Assembly (NCBI GenBank): GCA_039803745.1
Contig: JBDRZD010000015.1
Location: forward strand, 1 to 31,548
Length of the DNA stretch: 31,548 nt
Origin: a candidate division WOR-3 bacterium
GTDB taxonomy: Bacteria; Hydrothermota; Hydrothermia; Hydrothermales; Hydrothermaceae
Direction of reading: 5' to 3'
A model generated the notes under the pieces. The model ran no database searches, was not told the origin of the DNA, and saw nothing but the letters and a program-made list of their open reading frames with translations. The position numbers and the translations under genes are program-made. The stretch's first letter is position 1. Each line of letters begins with the position of its first letter. This document shows positions 18,649 to 27,815 of this stretch, piece after piece.

Positions 18649-20187
18649 TTATAAATATATTTTTTTAACTTTTTTTACATTAACCATATAATCAAAAAAT
18701 ATCTTTGTAACAAATACCGCTGTAAAGAATGAACAGATTATCCCAAGAGAGAGGGTTAGTCCAAATCCTCTTATTGGCCCTGTACCAAACCATAGCAAAA
18801 CAAGAGCTGCTATTATTGTTGTTAAATTGGCATCAAGGATTGTAATAAATGCCCTTCCATAACCTGTATCAACTGCTGATTTCAAAGATTTACCAGAACC
18901 GATTTCCTCTCTCAATCTTTCAAATATGAGCACATTTGCATCAACAGCCATACCAATTACAAGAACTATCCCTGCAATTCCGGGAAGAGTTAAAGTTCCC
19001 CTGAAAGTGGCAAGGAGAGCAAGAACAAATATCAAATTTAAAATTAAAGCAAAATTTGCTATTAGCCCACCTATTAAATAATAAATACCCATAAAAAGCA
19101 TAACAACTATACCACCGACAATTGCAGATCTTATTCCATTCTTTATTGAATCAGAACCCAAAAGGGGTCCAACACTTCTTTCCTCAACAATTTCAACAGG
19201 AGCAGGTAAGGCACCACTTCTTAAGACTATTGCAAGTTCCTTTGCTTCCTCCATTGATTCCATTCCTGAAATCATTGCATTTCCACCGGGTATTCTTTCT
19301 CTTATAACTGGTGCAGATTGAACAATATTATCTAAAACAATTGCGAGTCTTTTTCCAACATTTTGTTCTGTAACCCTTGAAAATATTATTGTCCCCTTTT
19401 TATCAAAGGAAAGTTCAACTATTGGCCGACCCTGTAAAGAAGGATCCCCTCCTTGATATACAGTATGTCTTGCATCAGCAATATACTCCCCTGTTAATTC
19501 AGGACTCTTTTTCAAAAGATAAACAGGTCTTAACTTTATTCCTCCCCTTTCTTCCAATCTCCCCCATAGAATTATATATTTCTCAGGAATAAAGGATTTA
19601 GATTTATCAATTAATTTTTGAACACTATCAAAATTTTCTTCTCTTAAAACTATATCTCCCCTATCGTATCTTAAAAGGGATAAAAATGGTGAAACTATTG
19701 TATCATTTAACTCTTTCTGTAAATTTTTTTCAATACTATTAAAAACATTCTGGATCTCTTCGGGTTCTGCAACTAAATGAAATGTCAGCTGGGCAGTTTT
19801 ACCTATAAGCTCCCTTGCCCTCTCCCTTTCCATAACACCCGGAAGTTGAATTAAAACCCTTGCATCTCCAATTGCTTGGATTGAAGGTTCAAATACACCC
19901 CATGCATCTATCCTATTTCTCACTATTTCAATAACCCTATCTCTTGCATCCCTTATTTTCTCTTTTTCAAGTCCATCAGGTTTTACCTCAAGTAAAAGAT
20001 GCATTCCTCCTCTTAAATCAAGACCAAGATGTAAAGCCCTTTTTCTCAAAGAATTCAATTTCTCTTTTGGCATTTTTTGCATTCTTTGTGAACTCAATGT
20101 ATAATACTGAATCGTGGGAATAAGAAAAAGAATAGCAATTATAAATATTCCAAGAGTTATAAATATCCTCCATCTTAAATTTTTCAA
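18649..20187 (-). CDS. secD: Protein translocase subunit SecD
   Basis: LGLDLRGG, LAIVLD, LRSGALP, LTLPGIAG, GMAVDANVLIFER; TTG start after SD AGGAGG. Confidence 0.98.
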   Translation of the reverse strand: MKNLRWRIFITLGIFIIAILFLIPTIQYYTLSSQRMQKMPKEKLNSLRKRALHLGLDLRGGMHLLLEVKPDGLEKEKIRDARDRVIEIVRNRIDAWGVFEPSIQAIGDARVLIQLPGVMERERARELIGKTAQLTFHLVAEPEEIQNVFNSIEKNLQKELNDTIVSPFLSLLRYDRGDIVLREENFDSVQKLIDKSKSFIPEKYIILWGRLEERGGIKLRPVYLLKKSPELTGEYIADARHTVYQGGDPSLQGRPIVELSFDKKGTIIFSRVTEQNVGKRLAIVLDNIVQSAPVIRERIPGGNAMISGMESMEEAKELAIVLRSGALPAPVEIVEERSVGPLLGSDSIKNGIRSAIVGGIVVMLFMGIYYLIGGLIANFALILNLIFVLALLATFRGTLTLPGIAGIVLVIGMAVDANVLIFERLREEIGSGKSLKSAVDTGYGRAFITILDANLTTIIAALVLLWFGTGPIRGFGLTLSLGIICSFFTAVFVTKIFFDYMVNVKKVKKIYL

Positions 20188-20213
20188 TTCTTCCTCCTTC
20201 TTTTTTGATTTTT

Positions 20214-20239
20214 ATTATAAAGTTTTTTTAGTTTATAAT
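20214..20239. promoter_or_regulatory. Back-to-back -10 boxes for secD (minus) and purF (plus)
   Basis: TATAAT on the minus strand at 20219-20214 and on the plus strand at 20234-20239, in a 58-bp gap; no clear -35 boxes. Confidence 0.5.
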
Positions 20240-20245
20240 TAAAAT

Positions 20246-21622
20246 ATGTGCGGAATAATAGGGTTTATTGCAAAAGATAAAAACGAAAATCTTGGAGAGA
20301 TTGCATATATAGGACTTGAAATGCTACAGCATAGAGGACAGGATGCCTGTGGGGTTTATTTTTCAGATTTTGAAAAGGGAGAAATTATAAAGGGACTTGG
20401 AAGTGTTGATAATGTTTTAAATAAAGAAAATATTAAAAAAATTAAAGGGAATATATTCATTGGACAAACAAGATATCCTACAACAAAATCAAAAGAAGAG
20501 GCACAGCCCCTTTTTCTTGAAAACCCATCTATTTGTATGGTTCATAATGGACACATTTACAATGATGAAGAAATAAGAAAATATTATGAAAAAAATAATA
20601 TTAAATTTAAAACAGGACTTGACCTTGAAAGCATACTCTTTGTTTTTTCTGAAGGATATTTAAAAGAAGAGGGAAACAAGTTTAAAGAAATTGAAAAAGG
20701 AGTAAAAAGTGTGTTTGAAAAATTAAAAGGAGCCTATTCAGTTCTTGGAGTAATAGATAAAGAAATTTTGATCGCTTTTAAAGACCCATATGGAATAAGG
20801 CCACTTTTTATTGCAAAAGATAAAAATTCTATTGCTTTCGCATCTGAAACAATTGCTCTTGAAAAACTTGGATATGAAGATGTAGAAGAAGTTGAAAATG
20901 GAGTGGTAATTATAGTTGATAAAAATTTGAATATTTTAAAAAAAGAGATTTTAAAAAAAGAATATAAATTCTGTTCCTTTGAACTCGTTTATTTTTCAAG
21001 AGCCACTTCAAAGTATAGAGGAGAACAAATTTTTGAAATAAGAAAAAAACTTGGTAAAAAACTTGCTGAAATATTTGAATTAAAAAATAAAAATTTAAAA
21101 ATTGAAGACTACATAATCTCACCTGTTCCTGAAACATCAAGAGCAGCAGCAGAGGGATTTTGTGAGTATTTTGATAAAAGAGGAAATTTAAAAGAAGTTC
21201 TTGAAAAACACAGGTATGGGGGAAGAAATTTCATAAAACCTTCAGAAGAAATAAGGAAAAAAGAGGTATTCTATACATTAACTCCAATTGAAAAAAATGT
21301 AAAAGGAAAAAAAATAATTTTAATAGATGATAGTATTGTAAGGGGAACAACATCAAAAAGAATGATCAAGTATCTAAGAGAATATGGAGCAAAAGAAGTG
21401 CATCTTTGCATAACATATCCTCCAATAAGATATTCTTGCTTTTATGGAATTGATACACCAACAAAAGAAGAACTAATTGCCCATAATAAAACCGAAGAGG
21501 AAGTTGCAAAAATTTTGGGAGCCGATTCTCTAACCTATATGACAATAGAAGGTCTTAAAAGCATAATTGGTGAAAATTTCTGTTTTGCCTGCTTAAATGG
21601 AGAATATTTTAATTTAGAGTAA
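20246..21622 (+). CDS. purF: Amidophosphoribosyltransferase (Fe-S type, no propeptide)
   Basis: MCGIIG Ntn Cys, LQHRGQD, DPYGIRPL, LIDDSIVRGTT; four cluster Cys (CSFE, CFYGID, CFAC). Confidence 0.95.
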   Translation: MCGIIGFIAKDKNENLGEIAYIGLEMLQHRGQDACGVYFSDFEKGEIIKGLGSVDNVLNKENIKKIKGNIFIGQTRYPTTKSKEEAQPLFLENPSICMVHNGHIYNDEEIRKYYEKNNIKFKTGLDLESILFVFSEGYLKEEGNKFKEIEKGVKSVFEKLKGAYSVLGVIDKEILIAFKDPYGIRPLFIAKDKNSIAFASETIALEKLGYEDVEEVENGVVIIVDKNLNILKKEILKKEYKFCSFELVYFSRATSKYRGEQIFEIRKKLGKKLAEIFELKNKNLKIEDYIISPVPETSRAAAEGFCEYFDKRGNLKEVLEKHRYGGRNFIKPSEEIRKKEVFYTLTPIEKNVKGKKIILIDDSIVRGTTSKRMIKYLREYGAKEVHLCITYPPIRYSCFYGIDTPTKEELIAHNKTEEEVAKILGADSLTYMTIEGLKSIIGENFCFACLNGEYFNLE

Positions 21623-21628
21623 GAATAC

Positions 21629-21657
21629 TTGACAAATTTAAAAAATTCCAGTATTAT
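21629..21657 (+). promoter_or_regulatory. sigma70-type promoter of the tetR-efflux operon
   Basis: TTGACA (21629-21634), 17 nt, TATTAT (21652-21657). Confidence 0.8.
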
Positions 21658-21660
21658 TTA

Positions 21661-21678
21661 TGACTGAATGGTCAGTCA
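21661..21678. promoter_or_regulatory. Putative TetR operator TGACTGA-N4-TCAGTCA
   Basis: Perfect 7-bp inverted repeat just downstream of the -10 box, with the tetR ATG inside its spacer. Confidence 0.8.
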
Positions 21679-22276
21679 AATAAATACTAAGGATTTAATT
21701 TTAAAAAAGGCTGAACAAATATTTTTTGAAAATGGCTATTATAAAACAAAAATAGACGATATTGCTAAATCAGCAAAGGTTGCAAAAGGAACAATTTATT
21801 TATATTTTAAATCAAAAGAAGATTTATTTATAAGTATAATTGAAAAGAATCTTGGGGATTTTTATAATAAAATAAAAGAGGTCTCTGAGAAAGAAAAAAG
21901 CAATTCAAATAAACTTAAAAATATAATACTCCATGTATTAAAAGAGTACAGTAAAAGGAAAGTATTTTTGAAAAAAGTTGAGATTCATAGATTAGTTGGG
22001 GATAAAGATTTAAGAGAACATTTTAAAAAAAGAATTTTACCTATTCTTATGGAAATAAGAGATTATATTATAAAGATAATAAAAAATGGGATTAAAGAAG
22101 GAGAGTTAAAGGGAGAAAATGCGGAGGCAATTTCAGCATTTATATTTGGTGGAATAAAAAATGCATGCATTACGCATGAATTTATGGATGAAAATAAATT
22201 TAATAGAGAAATTCTGGAAAAAGAAATTTTAAATATCCTTCATAATGGTTTATTTAAAACAAAGGAGGAATTATGA
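21668..22276 (+). CDS. TetR/AcrR family transcriptional regulator
   Basis: HTH FFENGYYKTKIDDIAKSAKVAKGTIYLYFKSKEDL. Confidence 0.95.
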   Translation: MVSQINTKDLILKKAEQIFFENGYYKTKIDDIAKSAKVAKGTIYLYFKSKEDLFISIIEKNLGDFYNKIKEVSEKEKSNSNKLKNIILHVLKEYSKRKVFLKKVEIHRLVGDKDLREHFKKRILPILMEIRDYIIKIIKNGIKEGELKGENAEAISAFIFGGIKNACITHEFMDENKFNREILEKEILNILHNGLFKTKEEL

Positions 22277-23580
22277 TTTTAGAAATTATTCTATCCTCTT
22301 TACTTCTTTTAACAGAAGATGAAGTTGTTAAAATTGCTCTTTCTAAATCAAAAGTACTTCTTGCTGAAAGAGAAAAAATAACTCAAAGGGAAGGAGAAGA
22401 AATGATTGCAATTTCAAACTTTCTTCCTAAAGCATCTTTAAATGCAACTTATTCCTTTTCTTCTTTTACAGAAAAGATGACCCAGTATCAGATAGTTGGT
22501 ATTGATACTATAAATTGGAGACTCATTTATCAAAAATTTGATGTTGAATTTGGGAAACCTGAAAGAAAAGGATTAATTTTTTCAATTAATCAAACTGTAT
22601 TTGACTTTTTAAAATCTTTTCATTCTTACAAGGCTTCTTTGAATACAAAACTTAGTGAAATTGAAAGTTTTGAAGGCAAAAAAATATATCTTGAAAACGA
22701 AATAAGAAAAATATGCACAGAACTATTATTTTTGAAAAAACAGATAGAGGTTTTAGAAAAAACAAAGGATAACTTAGAAGCCCATTATAAGATTGCAGAA
22801 AAAAGATATAAGGAAGGTTTAGCATCGGAACTTGAACTCCTGCAAGCAGAAATATCACTTAAAAATTTTTATCCTCAAATAGAAATATTAAAACTTAGTG
22901 TTCAAAAATTAAAGGATATTTTAAAAAATCTTGCAGGTATAGAAGAAGAGATAGAATTAAAGGATACACTTTATTTTGAAAAATTTGATGTAACTGTGGA
23001 TACTCTTTATGAAAAGGCGCTTTCAGAAAGAAAGGATATTTTAAGTTTAAAATTTTCAATGGAGGCATTAAAAGAAGTAATTGAGGTTCAAAAAGGGCTT
23101 AACAAACCTAACATTTTTTTCTCTTATCAATATCAATATTCAAAACCCTATGGTTTTTTTAAAGACGAGTGGGGAGGATATTACACCCTTGTATTTGGAC
23201 TGTCTTGGAATATATTTGATGGTTTTTCAACTTATGGAAATGTCAAAAAAAGTATAGCAAACTATGAATATTTAAAAAAGAAATTTAAATTTATAGAAGA
23301 GAATATAAAAAGTGAGATAAAAAACAATATAGAAGCCTTAAAGACAAATGAAAGAATAGTGGAAACCCAAAGAGAGAATATAAAAATTGCTGAAAAGGCT
23401 TTAAGGGTGGCAAAAGTGCAATATGAAAATGGATGGATTTCCCATATTGAATATATGGATGCAGAACTTTCCGCATTAAATACAAAATTAAATTTTTTAA
23501 AGGCTATAAAGGATTACAAAATTTCAAAATTAAACTTAATTAAAACTTTAAAAGGTGCAATTGAAATAGGAGGATTTTAA
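22273..23580 (+). CDS. TolC-family outer membrane efflux protein
   Basis: Two OEP repeats (FLPKASL...RYKEGLASELELLQAE; KPNIFF...LSWNIFDGF...QYENGWIS); operon context. Confidence 0.9.
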   Translation: MILEIILSSLLLLTEDEVVKIALSKSKVLLAEREKITQREGEEMIAISNFLPKASLNATYSFSSFTEKMTQYQIVGIDTINWRLIYQKFDVEFGKPERKGLIFSINQTVFDFLKSFHSYKASLNTKLSEIESFEGKKIYLENEIRKICTELLFLKKQIEVLEKTKDNLEAHYKIAEKRYKEGLASELELLQAEISLKNFYPQIEILKLSVQKLKDILKNLAGIEEEIELKDTLYFEKFDVTVDTLYEKALSERKDILSLKFSMEALKEVIEVQKGLNKPNIFFSYQYQYSKPYGFFKDEWGGYYTLVFGLSWNIFDGFSTYGNVKKSIANYEYLKKKFKFIEENIKSEIKNNIEALKTNERIVETQRENIKIAEKALRVAKVQYENGWISHIEYMDAELSALNTKLNFLKAIKDYKISKLNLIKTLKGAIEIGGF

Positions 23581-23581
23581 T

Positions 23582-24436
23582 ATGAGAGGAAGGATTCTTT
23601 TAACGGGGATAATTCTTTCAGTGTTTACTTTTTGTAAAGAAAAGGAGAAAAACTTAAAGAAAGAAGAAGTGATCCCGGTTACAATAACTATTCCCCAAAA
23701 AAGAGATATTCTCAAAGAAATAATTTTTACAGCAGAAATTGAAGGAAATCCTGATATATATGTATATCCTGAAATTCCTGGATATTTTTTGAAATACACG
23801 GTAAAAGAAGGTGAAAAGGTTGAAAAAGATGGAATAATTGCCTATATTGAGAGAAAAATACCGGGGATGGAATATAATCCAATTCCTGTTAAATCACCAA
23901 TCTCAGGTTATGTGTCAGAACTTTTGAGAAAAAATGGCGAATTTGTGACACAATCAAAACCAATTGCAAGGGTTGCAAGGTATGATGAACTGTTTGCTGT
24001 TTTATCATTGCCCGGAAAATATGCAGGAAAATTAGAAGAAGGCGAAAAAGTAAAGGTAATGCTGAATGAAAAGGAATTAGAAGGAGTTTTGAAATGGATT
24101 TCAAAAACTCTTGATCCTTTTACAAAAACTTTAAAAGTAAAAGTCCTTTTTAAAAATCCAGGGGGAATATATCCGGGAATGTTATGTGAAGTAAAAATTC
24201 CTGTGGAAAAGAAAAAAAGTGTTACCTCTCTTGAAAAAGATGCAATTTTAGGAGACATAGTAAAATATGTATTTGTAAAAAATGGAGAAAGGGTAAACAA
24301 AAAGATTGTTGAAACAGGAATTGAAAATGATAAATATGTGGAGATTTTATCGGGATTAAAAGAACAAGATACGATTATTTTAAGAGGCAATAGAATTTTA
24401 AAAGAAGGGATGAAGATTGAGGTGAAGGAGGAATAA
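23582..24436 (+). CDS. RND efflux periplasmic adaptor (MFP), apparently lacking the alpha-hairpin
   Basis: Lipoyl halves VKEGEKVEKDGIIA and VKSPISGYV; LDPFTKT...PGM beta-barrel; VETG...VEILSGLKE membrane-proximal domain. Confidence 0.92.
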   Translation: MRGRILLTGIILSVFTFCKEKEKNLKKEEVIPVTITIPQKRDILKEIIFTAEIEGNPDIYVYPEIPGYFLKYTVKEGEKVEKDGIIAYIERKIPGMEYNPIPVKSPISGYVSELLRKNGEFVTQSKPIARVARYDELFAVLSLPGKYAGKLEEGEKVKVMLNEKELEGVLKWISKTLDPFTKTLKVKVLFKNPGGIYPGMLCEVKIPVEKKKSVTSLEKDAILGDIVKYVFVKNGERVNKKIVETGIENDKYVEILSGLKEQDTIILRGNRILKEGMKIEVKEE

Positions 24437-24438
24437 AA

Positions 24439-27400
24439 ATGACAAAAGCTGCCTTAAGAAAACCTTTACTTGTTATAGTGGTTTTTTTAGTCCTTTTAAT
24501 AGGTGGTCTTATATCATTAAAAGAACTTCCCTTAGACCTTTTCCCTGATATTTCTCTTCCAATGCTCTCTGTCATAACTTTTTATCCAGGGGCAGGTCCT
24601 TTAGAAGTGGAAAAACACGTAACAGAATTAATAGAGGATGCAGCGAGTACTGTTCCAAATATAAAAAATATAAGATCTGTTTCACAGGAAAATATCTCGG
24701 CAGTTACTCTGGAATTTGAATGGGGAACTGATATAAATGGGGCAGCAAATGATTTAAGACCAAAATTGGACCTTATAAGAGCAAACCTGCCGGAAGATGC
24801 TGAAACTCCTGAGATATTTAAATTTGATGTCTCAATGTTTCCAATAATGATAATATCTATTGTATCAGAGGATACAACTTTTGATACAAGGAAAATTTTT
24901 GAAAATGAGATAAAGGATGAACTTGGAAAAGTTGCAGGTGTTGGTCAAATTCAACTTTGGGGTGGAGGAAGAAAAAGAATTGTAAAGATAGAAGTAAATA
25001 AAGATGTGCTTGAAAGTTATGGAATTGACCTTAATTATATTGCGAGTATTTTAAAATTTGAGAATATAAATATACCAGCTGGTGAAGTTGAATCAAATAG
25101 TAAAATTTATACAGTTAGAATACCCGGTGAATTTAAAAATATTTATGAAATAGAAAACCTTTTAATCCATACTCCTAAAGGAGCAAAAGTAAGACTTGCT
25201 GATATTGCTGATGTAAGACTTGATTATGAAAGAAGAATAAATTATATAAGAAGTAACGGAAAAAATTCATTATTGATAGGAATTTTAAAACAATCAGGAG
25301 CAAATACTGTTCAAGTTGCAGAAAATTTAAAAAAGAAATTGAAAAAACTTGAAAAACAATATGAAAAGGATAAGGTGAGTTTCATTGAGGTATTTGATTC
25401 ATCAAAATTTATAAAAGATTCAATATTCAATCTTACAAAAACTGTTTTAATAGCAGCAATTCTTGTTATTTTTGTTGCCTTTTTCTTTTTAAGAAACATA
25501 AGGGGAAGTATTATTATAGCAGTTACAATACCAACATCTCTAATTGTTGCTTTTATATTCCTTTATTTTATTGGCGCATCAATAAATCTTGTATCCTTAT
25601 CATCTCTTGCAATAGCAATAGGAATGGTTGTGGATAATGCAGTAGTTGTTCTTGAAAACATTTTTTATCATAAAGAAAGGGGAGCAGGTAGAAAAGAATC
25701 TTCTCTTTTTGGAACACAGGAAGTTGCACAGGCAATCACCGCTTCAACTTTAACAACAATAGCAATATTCTTACCAATAGTAATAATAAAAGGACTAATT
25801 TCTGTTATGTTCAGACAGCTTGCATTTACAATCTCCATAGTCCTTCTAACATCCCTTTTTATAGCATTCACACTAACACCGGTTTTATCATTTAAATTTT
25901 TAAAAATAAAGGAAAAGAAAGGAATAAGTAAAAAGATTTCAGAATTTATTGAAAAAATATATCTACCAATGGAAAAAGCCTATCATTCTTTTCTTTCTTT
26001 TAGTTTAAAACATAAATTAATAGTTTTTTTAAGTGCTACTTTACTTTTTATTATAGGGATTTTACCTTTTGTAACCGGTATTTTAAAAACAGAATTTCTT
26101 CCAGAGTCTGACACAGGGCAGATAAGTGGTAATTTTATACTTCCACCAGGAACAAATCTTGAAATAACTAATCAGACTATTAAAAAGCTTGAAGATTACA
26201 TTCAAAAAGAGGTGCCTGAATGCAGAATTTACGGAGCAAGAGCAGGAAGAACAGAGGGAGGATTTGCAAGTATAATGGGAATGGCAGAAGGAGATAACAC
26301 AGGATTTATATCTTTAAGGCTTGTTCCAAAGAAAGAAAGGAAAAGAAGTTCTGAAGAGATAGTATATATTTTAAATAAAAAGTTAAAAGAGATACCCGGG
26401 GTTGTTCAGGGTTCTTTTGAAATAAGAGGGGGATTTGGTACCCATTTTCTTGGAACGGCTCCATTAGAAATTAAAATTTTTGGATATGATATAAAGGAGA
26501 CAGACTCAATCTCAAATCTTATAAAAACAAGACTTGAGAAAATAGAGGGTATTTCAGGACTTTCAATTTCAAGACAGTCAGGGACTCCTGAACTTTCTTT
26601 CAGGTTTAAAAGAAATATTTTAAAACATTATGGACTTTCTGCTTCAGGGCTTGGATTTTATTTAAGAAATGCAATAACAGGGATAAAAGCAGGAGTTTTA
26701 AGAAAAGGAGGAGAAGAGATAGATATAATTGTAAGGCTTGATGAGAGAGCAAGAAAAGATATGAATATATTAAAATCAATATCTATTCCCCTTGCAAATG
26801 GAGAAAGAGTGCCCCTTGAAAATTTTGGTGAGTTTGAGGAAACCCAGGGCCCTTTAAAGATTGATAGGGAAAATAAAGAAAGAGTTGTAAAAATAACAGG
26901 AAGTTTTTATGGAAGGGCTTTAAGTGAAATCATAAGAGATGTCCAAAAGGTAATTTCAGAAATAAAAATTCCTGAGGGTATAAAAATAGAAATAGGAGGC
27001 TCTTTTTCAGAGCAAAGAGAGAGTTTTGAAGTTTTATTCTTTGCATTTATAATAGGAACAATTCTGGTTTATCTTGTAATGGTTGCGCAGTTTGAATCCT
27101 TTTTGCATCCTTTCATAATAATGTTTGCTGTGCCTTTCGGAATAGTTGGCGTAAGTTTTGCACACCTTATTGCAGGAATACCTTTCTCGGTAAATTCCTT
27201 TATAGGTCTTGTAATGCTTGTTGGAATAGTAGTTAATAATTCGATAGTTTTGATAGATTATATAAACATATTGAGAAAAAGAGGGATTAAACTTCTGGAT
27301 GCAGTTAAAGAGGCTGGAAAAAGAAGATTAAGACCTATAATAATAACAACAGCAACAACAATATTTGGGCTATTGCCCCTTGCCCTTTCAACTGCTGAAG

Positions 27401-27528
27401 GTTCTGAATCATGGAAACCACTTGGAATATCAGTAGTTGGAGGGCTTTTAGTTTCTTCCTTCATAAGTCTTATAATAGTTCCAATTATATATGTATTTTT
27501 TGAAAGATTAAAAGGAGTTGAAGAATGA
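24439..27528 (+). CDS. RND efflux permease (AcrB/AcrD/AcrF family)
   Basis: 1029 aa; LDLFPDISLP, YPGAGPLEVE, GMVVDNAVVVLEN, QFESFLHP, GIVVNNSIVLID, RLRPII. Confidence 0.97.
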   Translation: MTKAALRKPLLVIVVFLVLLIGGLISLKELPLDLFPDISLPMLSVITFYPGAGPLEVEKHVTELIEDAASTVPNIKNIRSVSQENISAVTLEFEWGTDINGAANDLRPKLDLIRANLPEDAETPEIFKFDVSMFPIMIISIVSEDTTFDTRKIFENEIKDELGKVAGVGQIQLWGGGRKRIVKIEVNKDVLESYGIDLNYIASILKFENINIPAGEVESNSKIYTVRIPGEFKNIYEIENLLIHTPKGAKVRLADIADVRLDYERRINYIRSNGKNSLLIGILKQSGANTVQVAENLKKKLKKLEKQYEKDKVSFIEVFDSSKFIKDSIFNLTKTVLIAAILVIFVAFFFLRNIRGSIIIAVTIPTSLIVAFIFLYFIGASINLVSLSSLAIAIGMVVDNAVVVLENIFYHKERGAGRKESSLFGTQEVAQAITASTLTTIAIFLPIVIIKGLISVMFRQLAFTISIVLLTSLFIAFTLTPVLSFKFLKIKEKKGISKKISEFIEKIYLPMEKAYHSFLSFSLKHKLIVFLSATLLFIIGILPFVTGILKTEFLPESDTGQISGNFILPPGTNLEITNQTIKKLEDYIQKEVPECRIYGARAGRTEGGFASIMGMAEGDNTGFISLRLVPKKERKRSSEEIVYILNKKLKEIPGVVQGSFEIRGGFGTHFLGTAPLEIKIFGYDIKETDSISNLIKTRLEKIEGISGLSISRQSGTPELSFRFKRNILKHYGLSASGLGFYLRNAITGIKAGVLRKGGEEIDIIVRLDERARKDMNILKSISIPLANGERVPLENFGEFEETQGPLKIDRENKERVVKITGSFYGRALSEIIRDVQKVISEIKIPEGIKIEIGGSFSEQRESFEVLFFAFIIGTILVYLVMVAQFESFLHPFIIMFAVPFGIVGVSFAHLIAGIPFSVNSFIGLVMLVGIVVNNSIVLIDYINILRKRGIKLLDAVKEAGKRRLRPIIITTATTIFGLLPLALSTAEGSESWKPLGISVVGGLLVSSFISLIIVPIIYVFFERLKGVEE

Positions 27529-27815
27529 AGATGTTACAAATAATATGTGATTCCGGATTTGAGGAATATTTACTCGAAAGACTCGAAAAGGAAGGAATAA
27601 AATCTTTTACAAAGATAGAAAAAGCACTTGGGAAAGGGAATTCTTCGCAGCCTCATATGGATTCTCATATATGGCCTGGTTTTCATGTTCTTTATTTTAT
27701 CGCAGTGAGTGATGAAGATTATGGCAGAATTAAACAAATGCTTTTAGAGATAAAAGAAAAGATAAAAAGGGAAGGTTTTAAAGTTTTTGTTTATAACATT
27801 TTAGAAGAAATATGA
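27525..27815 (+). CDS. PII/GlnB-like transporter-associated small protein (PG0541-like)
   Basis: 96 aa; GIKSFT...GKG...PHMDSHIWPG motif; ATGA overlap with the RND permease. Confidence 0.7.
   Translation: MKMLQIICDSGFEEYLLERLEKEGIKSFTKIEKALGKGNSSQPHMDSHIWPGFHVLYFIAVSDEDYGRIKQMLLEIKEKIKREGFKVFVYNILEEI

Noticed and set aside
20246..21622. PurF motif deviations (GQTRYPT, HNGHI) as a sign of altered function
   Set aside because: The catalytic Cys, PRPP-binding motif and four Fe-S cysteines are intact; not enough evidence to claim a change.
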